DNA of 64,000 nucleotides from Salinivirgaceae bacterium. Lineage in GTDB: Bacteria; Bacteroidota; Bacteroidia; Bacteroidales; SZUA-534. This document shows, in pieces, positions 55,772 through 64,000 of the stretch. The notes under the pieces are model-generated. The model was not told the DNA's origin. It did not search any database and saw nothing but the letters and a program-made list of their open reading frames with translations. Each line of letters begins with the position of its first letter. Position 1 is the first letter of the stretch. The translations under genes were made by a program, and so were the position numbers. The stretch lies in contig JAKSOL010000001.1 in assembly GCA_024405635.1 (NCBI GenBank), positions 160,001 through 224,000 of the forward strand, given 5' to 3'.

Positions 55772-55955
55772 TTACGAAGACGGAATGGCGCAAATACAAG
55801 CCATTGTTGATAAAATTGAAAACGGTCAAGTTTCAGTAACCGAAATGCTTGATTTGGTGAAACAAGCCGCTGAAATTTTGAAAAAATGCCGAGCAAAACT
55901 CACACAAGTAGGCGACGATATTAATAAAATACTAGACGAAGCTAAACAATCATAA
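55755..55955 (+). CDS. xseB: Exodeoxyribonuclease VII small subunit
   Basis: YE.....Q.IV.KIE.G.V....L..V..A..IL..C..KL pattern, 66 aa. Confidence 0.8.
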   Translation: MDKNFNYEDGMAQIQAIVDKIENGQVSVTEMLDLVKQAAEILKKCRAKLTQVGDDINKILDEAKQS

Positions 55956-56019
55956 CAAAATACATAGCCCATTTTGTTGTGTAAAATGTTCGTATAATTT
56001 TGATACCAAATTAATTACC

Positions 56020-57384
56020 ATGGAAAAATCAAATAATATGAATCGCCGCGACTTTTTGAAAGTAATGGGTGCTGGCGCAACCGCAGTTGCAGTGGCTAGT
56101 TGTGGCATGCAAAAAAGTGGCGACAAAAGTGCATCGTTAAACGAAATACCAACCGATGCAATGACCTATCGCGTTAACCCAAACGACGGTAAAAAAGTAT
56201 CTATTTTGGGTTATGGTTGCATGCGTTGGCCCACACGCAAAAAAGCCGACGGCACCGGCGAAGAAATTGATCAAGAAGAAGTTAACCGATTGGTCGATTA
56301 TGCAATTGAACACGGTGTAAATTTGTTCGACACATCGCCACGTTATGTTCAAGGTTTGTCAGAAGAAGCAACAGGCATCGCGTTGAGCCGCCATCCTCGC
56401 GACAAGTATATGGTTTCTACCAAAATGTCAAACTTTACGCCTGATACTCAAACACTTGAAGGCGCAAAAGAAATGTACTACCAGTCAATGAAACGACTAC
56501 GTGTTGATTATTTTGACTACTACTTGCTTCATGCTGTTGGCTCATACTCGGCATATAAACAACGCTATTTGGACAACGGTGTACTCGATTTCCTTTTGAA
56601 AGAACGCGAGGCTGGCCGAATAAAAAATTTGGGTTGGTCGTTTCATGGCGAGCAAAGTTTCTTCGATTACATGTTCTCGCAGAACGAGGTAAAGTGGGAC
56701 TTTGTGCTCATTCAACTTAATTATGTTGACTGGCGTCATGCAAGTGGTAGCAACGTAAATGCTGAATATTTGTGCAGTGTGTTAAGCAGTAAAGGCGTGC
56801 CAGCGCTAGTTATGGAACCTTTGCAAGGCGGGCGACTAAACAAACTTGATTTTAAGAGCCTTGAGCGTTTGAAACAAATGGACCCAGAGGCTAGTGCAGC
56901 ATCGTGGGCATTCCGTTTCGCTGGGTCGCAACAATGCGTGTTGTCGGTTTTGAGCGGAATGACATATATGGAACATTTGCAAGACAATGTAAAATCGTTT
57001 TCGCCACTTAAAACACTCACAACCACCGAGATGGATACTCTTGAAGATGTGGCTCAAATGATATTAAAGTATCAGTTTATACCATGTAACGATTGCAAAT
57101 ATTGCATGCCATGCCAATATGGAATTGATATTCCTAGCATAATTAACCATTACAATAAGTGTTTGCGCGAGGGAAACTATTCAGGCAAACCAACCGATCC
57201 CGATTATCAAAGGGCACGTAAAGCTTTTTTGGTTGGTTACGACCGTTCAGTCCCAAAACTTCGTCAAGCCGACCATTGCATATCATGTGGCGACTGCATG
57301 CCTAAATGTCCACAACGCATCAATATTCCAAAAGAATTAAAGCGAATTGACCAATACGTTGAGGAGTTGAAACGAAACGCATAA
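56020..57384 (+). CDS. Aldo/keto reductase with twin-arginine signal and C-terminal 4Fe-4S dicluster domain
   Basis: RRDFLK, LGYGCMRWP, FDT...Y, DYYLLH, CNDCKYCMPC and CISCGDCMPKCP; -7 box at 55995-56002. Confidence 0.9.
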   Translation: MEKSNNMNRRDFLKVMGAGATAVAVASCGMQKSGDKSASLNEIPTDAMTYRVNPNDGKKVSILGYGCMRWPTRKKADGTGEEIDQEEVNRLVDYAIEHGVNLFDTSPRYVQGLSEEATGIALSRHPRDKYMVSTKMSNFTPDTQTLEGAKEMYYQSMKRLRVDYFDYYLLHAVGSYSAYKQRYLDNGVLDFLLKEREAGRIKNLGWSFHGEQSFFDYMFSQNEVKWDFVLIQLNYVDWRHASGSNVNAEYLCSVLSSKGVPALVMEPLQGGRLNKLDFKSLERLKQMDPEASAASWAFRFAGSQQCVLSVLSGMTYMEHLQDNVKSFSPLKTLTTTEMDTLEDVAQMILKYQFIPCNDCKYCMPCQYGIDIPSIINHYNKCLREGNYSGKPTDPDYQRARKAFLVGYDRSVPKLRQADHCISCGDCMPKCPQRINIPKELKRIDQYVEELKRNA

Positions 57385-57403
57385 GTACTTAAGTAACAAC
57401 AAT

Positions 57404-57439
57404 AAAAAAGCCGGTTATTGTTCAATAACCGGCTTTTTT
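57404..57439. terminator. Bidirectional intrinsic terminator
   Basis: AAAAAAGCCGGTTATTG-tt-CAATAACCGGCTTTTTT between the AKR gene and the tRNA. Confidence 0.85.
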
Positions 57440-57442
57440 GTG

Positions 57443-57516
57443 TCGGGGTGATCCGACTTGAACGGACGACCACTTGCACCCCATGCAAGTACGCTAGCCA
57501 ACTGCGCCACACCCCG
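57443..57516 (-). tRNA. tRNA-Pro (GGG)
   Basis: CGGGGTG acceptor stem, TGGCGCAGTTGGCTAGCG D arm, CTTGC-ATGGGGT-GCAAG anticodon arm, GTTCAAGT T loop; no encoded CCA; -7 box at 57530-57537. Confidence 0.95.
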
Positions 57517-57721
57517 TTGAAAGCGGTGGCAAAAGTAAAAAACTTTGCATAATTACAAACAACGCAGTTGTAATATGGTTTTTTGTGTGGTTTAGTGCAA
57601 AAACTGTGTAAAAAATAGGAGTAAAAGCGTAAAACAAAACGGTTGTGTAACATTGCTATTAGCAAAAACTAAATACCTTTGGAAAGCGAAATTTTTGTTT
57701 AACACTAAATATTTTTAATCA

Positions 57722-58996
57722 ATGCAAACTATTGATAATTACAATTTTGCTGGTAAAAAAGCCATCGTTCGCGTTGACTTTAACGTACCAACTAAAGAAG
57801 GCGTTGTAACCGACGACACTCGTATTAAAGGAGCCCTTCCAACTCTTAAAAAAATTCTTGCTGACGGTGGTGCCGTTATTATGATGAGCCACATGGGTAA
57901 ACCAAAAGGCAAGGTTGATATGAAAAAATCGCTTCAACAAATTGTTCCAGCTGTTTCTGCTGCTCTTGGTGTTGAGGTAAAATTTGCTGCTGACTGCGCA
58001 AACGCTGATGCTGAGGCTTCTGCTTTGAAAATGGGTGAGGCTCTTTTGCTTGAAAACCTTCGTTTCTATGGCGAAGAAGAGGGCAAACCTGTTGGTATTG
58101 AAAAAGAAGATCCAGCTTACGAGGCTGCTAAAAAAGAAATGAAAGGCAAACAAAAAGACTTTGCTAAAAAATTGGCTTCATACGCTGATTGCTATGTTAT
58201 GGATGCTTTCGGAACAGCTCACCGCAAACATGCTTCAACCGCTGTTATTGCTGACTATTTTGATGCAAACAACAAAATGCTAGGCTACTTGATGGAGAAA
58301 GAGGTTAAAGCTGTTGACGCAGTTTTGAGCGACATTAAACGTCCTTTCACCGCTATTATGGGTGGTTCAAAAGTATCTACCAAAATTGGTATTATCGAAA
58401 ACTTGCTTGGCAAAGTTGACAACCTTATCCTTTGCGGTGGTATGACTTATACTTTTGCTAAAGCTTTGGGTGGCAAAGTTGGTAACTCAATTTGCGAAGA
58501 TGACAAACTTCAAGTTGCTCTTGACGTGATTGCAAAAGCTAAAGAAAACGGTGTTAACCTAGTTCTTGGTACTGATGCTGTTATTGCAAAAGACGCTATC
58601 GATTGGGATACAATGAGCTTTAAAGCTGGTGCTTCTGTAAAAGTTTCAGCTGCTGGCGAAATTGAAGAAGGTTGGGAAGGTCTTGATGCTGGTCCAGAGA
58701 GCCAAAAAGCTTTTGCTGCAGCTATTAAAGATGCTAAAACAATTCTTTGGAACGGTCCTGCTGGTGTGTTCGAGATTGACGAATTTACCGCTGGTTCACG
58801 TGCTATTGGTGATGCAGTTGCTGAAGCTACCGCTAAAGGTGCTTTCTCGCTTATCGGTGGTGGCGACTCTGTAGCTTGCGTTAACAAATTCGGTTTGGCT
58901 GACAAAGTATCTTACATCTCAACTGGTGGTGGTGCTTTGCTTGAGGCTATCGAGGGTAAAGTATTGCCAGGTATCGCTGCTATTAAAGGCGAATAA
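57722..58996 (+). CDS. pgk: Phosphoglycerate kinase
   Basis: [50 protein letters not shown]; -7 box at 57674-57681. Confidence 0.98.
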   Translation: MQTIDNYNFAGKKAIVRVDFNVPTKEGVVTDDTRIKGALPTLKKILADGGAVIMMSHMGKPKGKVDMKKSLQQIVPAVSAALGVEVKFAADCANADAEASALKMGEALLLENLRFYGEEEGKPVGIEKEDPAYEAAKKEMKGKQKDFAKKLASYADCYVMDAFGTAHRKHASTAVIADYFDANNKMLGYLMEKEVKAVDAVLSDIKRPFTAIMGGSKVSTKIGIIENLLGKVDNLILCGGMTYTFAKALGGKVGNSICEDDKLQVALDVIAKAKENGVNLVLGTDAVIAKDAIDWDTMSFKAGASVKVSAAGEIEEGWEGLDAGPESQKAFAAAIKDAKTILWNGPAGVFEIDEFTAGSRAIGDAVAEATAKGAFSLIGGGDSVACVNKFGLADKVSYISTGGGALLEAIEGKVLPGIAAIKGE

Positions 58997-59020
58997 TCGA
59001 CTAACGATTAAATAAATAAT

Positions 59021-59057
59021 AAAAGCCATCTTGAGTAATCAAGGTGGCTTTTTTTTC
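59021..59057. terminator. Bidirectional intrinsic terminator
   Basis: AAAAGCCATCTTGA-gtaa-TCAAGGTGGCTTTTTTT. Confidence 0.8.
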
Positions 59058-59078
59058 GTCAATACTGAAAAGGTTAAT

Positions 59079-59882
59079 TTATATTTCTATTTCTTCTAAA
59101 TCGTTGGGAATATGAATGTTGCCGCTGTAGTACAAACTAGCCTCGTTGGTATAAATTTGTTTACGGTTGTTTGCGTGGGCATCGTTTGTATGGTAAATAA
59201 TCAGATTTTTTGCATTTAGTTTTTGGGCAGCTTGGGCGGCATCTTTTACTGTAGAGTGGTGCTTTTCGTATGGTTGATAATCATCGGCTTCAGTAAACAA
59301 ACAAAACGACTCGTGCATAAGCCATGTGCAATTTTGGGCAAATGGTTGACATATTGCGTTGTATGGTTCGTCGCCAAGACAGCATAAATAATTGGGGTTG
59401 CCGTTGTTTTCCATTGCAAACCCCATTTGGTCGCATTTGGTGCTACCAATGTCGAAAAAGCGAAAAGTATGGCCTATTATTTCGTGTTGGTCAGCGTGGC
59501 TAAGGGTAATGAATTGAACGGCTTTTCCAAGTTGACTGGCTTGGCTTTTTGAAAAGGCATTGCTTGTAAAGTTTTGTAAAATGTTCACCACATCGGCATT
59601 GGCGTATATGTGGAATGTATCATTGTATTTGCCTGCAGCTGCGCGTTGGCACACTAAACGAATGAGCCACACAATGCCAAGTATATGATCAATGTGTTTA
59701 TGGGTTACAAACACATGCTTAATATCTTGCCAATCAATGCTTTTGTTTTTAAGTCTATGAAGAAGTTCGTTTCCTCCACCGCCATCAACTAGCATTATTT
59801 GGTTGTTGTGCGATATGGTGAAACATGTGTTGTAGTGTTCGTAGGCAAATGCATTGCCTGTACCAAGCATGGTTATTTTCAT
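59079..59882 (-). CDS. MBL-fold metallo-hydrolase (RNase Z-like)
   Basis: MLGTG.A, THKHIDH, GDEP, HE.FC, HST, YH. Confidence 0.82.
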   Translation of the reverse strand: MKITMLGTGNAFAYEHYNTCFTISHNNQIMLVDGGGGNELLHRLKNKSIDWQDIKHVFVTHKHIDHILGIVWLIRLVCQRAAAGKYNDTFHIYANADVVNILQNFTSNAFSKSQASQLGKAVQFITLSHADQHEIIGHTFRFFDIGSTKCDQMGFAMENNGNPNYLCCLGDEPYNAICQPFAQNCTWLMHESFCLFTEADDYQPYEKHHSTVKDAAQAAQKLNAKNLIIYHTNDAHANNRKQIYTNEASLYYSGNIHIPNDLEEIEI

Positions 59883-59886
59883 CTTT

Positions 59887-61920
59887 TCAAAAATCTTGAC
59901 GGAAGTTGCATCCGTTTTTCCACTCAGAGCAACCGTATGCCGTACGTCCCTTAATTATGTGCCCTTTGCCGCAGTGTGGACAAACATCGCCTTCTTTAAC
60001 AAGTTTGTGTGCGGTTGTTGTTTGCTTTTCTTCTGATGTTGTTTTTTCTGCTTTTTTGCGAGGCTTGCTATCGGTCTTTTTCTTCTCTGTTTTTTCTTTT
60101 TTTTCAGGCTTTGTTTCAGCGTCGGGCAACACAGTAACGCGTCGGTTCGATGTGTCATTTTTTACCGTTTGTACAATTTCCTGTACCATTTGTTTTAGTT
60201 CATCAAGAAATTGTTTTGCGTCGTAAGTGTGGTTTTCAATGCCTCGCAGTTTTTTTTCCCACAAACCAGTTAGCTCTGCGCTTTTTAGTAATTCTTCGCG
60301 AATAAGTCCAATTAATTCAATTCCAGTTGCGGTGGCTACTAGGTTTTTCTTCTCTTTAGTTAAGTATCGGCGTTTGAAAAGAGTTTCAATTATAGCAGCT
60401 CGGGTTGAAGGTCGGCCAATGCCGTTTTCTTTCAAAGCATCGCGCAGTTCTTCGTTGTCAACCATTTTACCGGCGGTTTCCATAGCGCGCAAAAGTGAGG
60501 CCTCGGTGTAAGGTTTGGGAGGGGTGGTTTGCTTTTGTGTTAGTTCGGGTGAGTGCGGTCCACTTTCGCCTTTTTCAAAGTTTGGCAAAATACGTTCTTC
60601 GTCTTCTGTTTTTTTGTCGTCATCATCGCTTTTTTCAAAAACGGAGCGCCAACCTTGTTCAAGTATTTGTTTACCAGTCACTTTGAATTCAACGCCAGCC
60701 GATTCGCCTAATACTGTGGTGGTTGAGAATTTGCAGTCGGGATAAAAAGCGGCAATAAAGCGGCGGGCTACCAAATCGAATACTTTTTCTTCTTGGTCGG
60801 TCATCACACCGCGAGGTAGTACACCAGTAGGTATAATTGCGTGGTGGTCGGTTACTTTGCTCGAGTCGAATACCTTTTTGCTTTTGGGGAGTTTTTTACC
60901 AGCTAATGGTTTTATTACTTGTGAGTAACGTGGATTGATGCCGTTAAAAATCTGCGGGCATTTGTCGTACATGTCGTCGCTCAAAAATGTTGTATCAACG
61001 CGAGGGTAGGTGGTTATTTTTTGCTCGTATAGCCGTTGAATGGTTTGCAAGGTAACTTCGGCCGAAAAACCGAACTTTTTGTTGCAATCGACTTGTAGCG
61101 ATGTTAGGTCGTAAAGTCGAGGAGGGGCTTCGGTTCCTTTTTTTGCGCTTGAATCGGTAATGGTAAAAGGTTGACCTGTAACTTTTGCAAGCGCCTCAGT
61201 TCCATCTTGTTCGCTGTTGTATTTGCCTTTAGTGGCGGTAAATTGCGTTTCGCGGTATATGGTTGTGAGTACCCAATAAGGTGTGGGTTTAAAGTTTTGT
61301 ATTTCAAGTTGTCGGTTTACAATTAAAGCTAAAGTTGGAGTTTGCACTCTACCTATCGATAAAACTTGTTTTTCTTGTCCGTATTTGAGAGTGTAAAGAC
61401 GAGTTGCGTTCATGCCAAGCACCCAATCTCCAATTGCGCGCGCCAATCCAGCTTCGTAAAGCGATTGGTAGTTTTCTTGTGGTTTAAGCGATGCAAATCC
61501 GTTGCGAATCGACTCTTCGGTTAGTGACGAAATCCACAGTCGTTGCACAGGGCATTTAGCTGCGGCCTTTTGCATCACCCAACGTTGAATAAGTTCACCT
61601 TCTTGCCCAGCATCGCCGCAGTTTATTATTCCATCGGCGTTTTGCATCAATTTTTCAATTATGCGGAATTGTTTTTCGTAGCCTTCGTTTTCGATTAGTT
61701 TGATGCCAAATCTTGGCGGAATCATAGGTAACATGCCTAGCCTCCACGATTTCCAATCGGAAGTATAATCGTGAGGTTCTTTTAGTGTGCAAAGATGTCC
61801 AAAGGTCCAAGTTACTTGATATCCGTTGCCTTCAAGGTATCCGTCGTGCGAAGCGGTGGCACCAATCACTTTGGCAATGTCGCGCGCCACGCTGGGTTTC
61901 TCTGCAATGCAAACTATCAT
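59887..61920 (-). CDS. topB: DNA topoisomerase III (type IA)
   Basis: AEKPSVA, DAGQEGELI, SIGRVQTPTL, TYPRVD (catalytic Tyr), DHHAIIPT, GIGRPSTRA, C-terminal Zn ribbon. Confidence 0.93.
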   Translation of the reverse strand: MIVCIAEKPSVARDIAKVIGATASHDGYLEGNGYQVTWTFGHLCTLKEPHDYTSDWKSWRLGMLPMIPPRFGIKLIENEGYEKQFRIIEKLMQNADGIINCGDAGQEGELIQRWVMQKAAAKCPVQRLWISSLTEESIRNGFASLKPQENYQSLYEAGLARAIGDWVLGMNATRLYTLKYGQEKQVLSIGRVQTPTLALIVNRQLEIQNFKPTPYWVLTTIYRETQFTATKGKYNSEQDGTEALAKVTGQPFTITDSSAKKGTEAPPRLYDLTSLQVDCNKKFGFSAEVTLQTIQRLYEQKITTYPRVDTTFLSDDMYDKCPQIFNGINPRYSQVIKPLAGKKLPKSKKVFDSSKVTDHHAIIPTGVLPRGVMTDQEEKVFDLVARRFIAAFYPDCKFSTTTVLGESAGVEFKVTGKQILEQGWRSVFEKSDDDDKKTEDEERILPNFEKGESGPHSPELTQKQTTPPKPYTEASLLRAMETAGKMVDNEELRDALKENGIGRPSTRAAIIETLFKRRYLTKEKKNLVATATGIELIGLIREELLKSAELTGLWEKKLRGIENHTYDAKQFLDELKQMVQEIVQTVKNDTSNRRVTVLPDAETKPEKKEKTEKKKTDSKPRKKAEKTTSEEKQTTTAHKLVKEGDVCPHCGKGHIIKGRTAYGCSEWKNGCNFRQDF

Positions 61921-62033
61921 TTTTTGTTATTCTGAATTTGTATTGCAAGATGCCATTTTGGGGCGGTTTCAACGAATTTTATCAAGTAAAGTTTCTAACA
62001 CATTTTGCTCATCGAAATGTTTGTCTGTTGATA

Positions 62034-62071
62034 AAAAAGCCCCGTTCAACTTTTGTGCTGAACGGGGCTTT
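62034..62071 (-). terminator. Intrinsic terminator of aspS
   Basis: AAAGCCCCGTTCA..TGAACGGGGCTTT inverted repeat. Confidence 0.8.
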
Positions 62072-62096
62072 GTGTGTTATCGAGTAACCAAACCGC

Positions 62097-63863
62097 CTAC
62101 TTTTTGTCTATTGGGCGAAGGTCAAGATACAATTCATCTAACTGAGCTTGGTCAATTGGGCTTGGTGCGTCAAGCATCACATCACGACCTTGGTTGTTTT
62201 TAGGGAATGCAATGCAGTCGCGTATTGAGTCTAGACCAGCAAACAACGACACAAAACGGTCAAGTCCGTATGCCAAACCACCGTGAGGAGGTGCTCCGAA
62301 TTTGAATGCGTTCATTAAGAAACCGAATTGCTCTTGGGCTTTTTCGGGTGTAAAACCAAGTGTTTCAAATATCAAAGCTTGCAATTTGCTGTCGTGAATA
62401 CGAATTGAACCGCCACCAACTTCAACTCCGTTAATTACCATGTCGTATGCGTTGGCACGAACATCGCCAAGTTGTTTTGTCTCAAGCAATGGTACATCTT
62501 CTTGTTTTGGCGAGGTGAAAGGGTGGTGCATTGCGTACCAACGTTGGTCGTCTTCGCTCCACTCGTACATTGGGAAATCAACAACCCAAAGGCAAGCATA
62601 TTTGTTTTTGTCGCGCAAGCCAAGTTGCGAGCCCATTTCAAGCCTAAGTTCGCAAAGTTGTTTGCGGGTTTTGTTTGCATTGTCGCCGCTCAAAATCAAA
62701 ATAAGGTCGCCGGGTTCAGCGTTAAAGGCGGCTTTCATTTGTTGCAACACGTCTTGTGTGTAGAATTTGTCAACGCTTGATTTAACGGTTCCATCGGCTT
62801 CAATACGAGCATAAACTAAACCTTTTGCGCCAATTTGTGGGCGTTTTACAAATTCGGTTAGTTGGTCAAGTTGCTTGCGTGTGTATGTTGCGGCACCTTT
62901 TGCGCAAATACCGCCAATGTATTCAGCAGAATCGAATACGCTGAATCCGTATCCTTTCATCACATCCATCAACTCAACAAATTTCATATCGAAGCGCAAG
63001 TCTGGTTTGTCGCTACCATAATATTTCATGGCATCGTGCCAAGTCATGCGTTGCCAAGGTTCGTTAAATTCAATGCCTTTAATGGTTTTGAACAAGTGTT
63101 TGCTCATGTCTTCAAACAACGAAATAATGTCGTCTTGTTCTACAAACGACATTTCGCAGTCAATTTGAGTAAACTCTGGCTGACGGTCGGCACGAAGGTC
63201 TTCGTCGCGGAAACATTTTACAATTTGGAAATAACGATCAAAACCGCTCACCATTAACAATTGTTTAAGTGTTTGTGGCGATTGTGGTAGCGCGTAAAAC
63301 TGTCCGGGGTTCATTCGGCTTGGAACAACAAAGTCGCGGGCACCTTCAGGAGTTGAACCAATAAGCATTGGTGTTTCAACTTCAAGAAATCCTTTTGAGT
63401 CTAAATAACGGCGAACTTCAAAAGCCATTTTGTGGCGCAGTTCAAGGTTTTGGCGCACGCATGCACGACGAAGGTCAAGGTAACGGTATTTCATGCGAAG
63501 GTCGTCACCTCCATCGGTATTGTCTTCAATGGTAAAAGGTGGTGTTGTGGCTTCGTTTAAAATGTTTAGTTCGCTTACAACTATTTCAATTTCGCCAGTT
63601 GCTATGTTTTTGTTTTTGCTCTCGCGTTCGTTCACTGTGCCTTTAACTTGCACAACAAACTCGCGGCCAAGATGCGATGCTTGTTCGCAAAGTTCGGCAT
63701 TAATACCGTCGTTAAACGCTAATTGAGTGATGCCGTAGCGGTCGCGCAAATCGGCGAAAACCATACCGCCCATTTTGCGGGTACGTTGAATCCATCCTGC
63801 CAATGTAACTTGTTGGCCGGCGTTGTTTAGGCGAAGTTCGCCACAGGTGTGAGTTCTGTACAT
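62097..63863 (-). CDS. aspS: Aspartate--tRNA ligase
   Basis: [66 protein letters not shown]. Confidence 0.98.
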   Translation of the reverse strand: MYRTHTCGELRLNNAGQQVTLAGWIQRTRKMGGMVFADLRDRYGITQLAFNDGINAELCEQASHLGREFVVQVKGTVNERESKNKNIATGEIEIVVSELNILNEATTPPFTIEDNTDGGDDLRMKYRYLDLRRACVRQNLELRHKMAFEVRRYLDSKGFLEVETPMLIGSTPEGARDFVVPSRMNPGQFYALPQSPQTLKQLLMVSGFDRYFQIVKCFRDEDLRADRQPEFTQIDCEMSFVEQDDIISLFEDMSKHLFKTIKGIEFNEPWQRMTWHDAMKYYGSDKPDLRFDMKFVELMDVMKGYGFSVFDSAEYIGGICAKGAATYTRKQLDQLTEFVKRPQIGAKGLVYARIEADGTVKSSVDKFYTQDVLQQMKAAFNAEPGDLILILSGDNANKTRKQLCELRLEMGSQLGLRDKNKYACLWVVDFPMYEWSEDDQRWYAMHHPFTSPKQEDVPLLETKQLGDVRANAYDMVINGVEVGGGSIRIHDSKLQALIFETLGFTPEKAQEQFGFLMNAFKFGAPPHGGLAYGLDRFVSLFAGLDSIRDCIAFPKNNQGRDVMLDAPSPIDQAQLDELYLDLRPIDKK

Positions 63864-64000
63864 ATTTTAATTGTGTATTTGTTTCAATAAAAGCGATGCG
63901 AAAATAACTCATTTAACGGAACGCTGCACGAGCCATGTGCCAAAAAACTGATGCTATATTATTGGTCTTTTTTCTCAATTATTTGCTCATCTTTGTAGCC

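Noticed and set aside
1-64000. The many 60-185 aa ORFs overlapping or antisense to the called genes
   Set aside because: They are shadow ORFs of well-supported genes, with no recognisable motifs or start contexts.
1-64000. CRISPR arrays, IS elements, integrases, prophage genes, rRNA
   Set aside because: No regularly spaced repeats, transposase or recombinase motifs, or rRNA-like sequence were seen by eye.

Overview
Chromosomal window from an AT-rich anaerobic Bacteroidota (Bacteroidales-like) organism. This is inferred from TAnnTTTG -7 promoter boxes, A-rich start contexts, a T9SS C-terminal sorting domain, and DUF3127/DUF4494 genes. Most of it is housekeeping: pfp, ppdK, pgk, prfB (programmed +1 frameshift), rsmG, folC, trxB, malQ, lpxL-like, xseB, topB, aspS, class III RNR nrdG-nrdD and tRNA-Pro(GGG). 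Two accessory blocks stand out. (i) A surface-glycan locus (three GT4s, Wzx flippase, ATP-grasp ligase, UDP-glucuronate epimerase-like enzyme) surrounds a 1435-aa GLUG/Ig-repeat T9SS protein. (ii) A 7-gene Ehr-type (hydrogenase-4/complex-I-related) membrane complex has two HyfB paralogues, a large subunit without NiFe ligands, and a small subunit that has lost three of four Fe-S cysteines. Other leads are a stand-alone ~65-nt sRNA candidate upstream of prfB, a DUF1648-HTH fusion with a phased upstream direct repeat, a structured nrdG leader, and a G8 tract in a glycosyltransferase. No CRISPR array, rRNA, transposase or integrase was seen. All family calls come from motif recognition by eye, not database searches.
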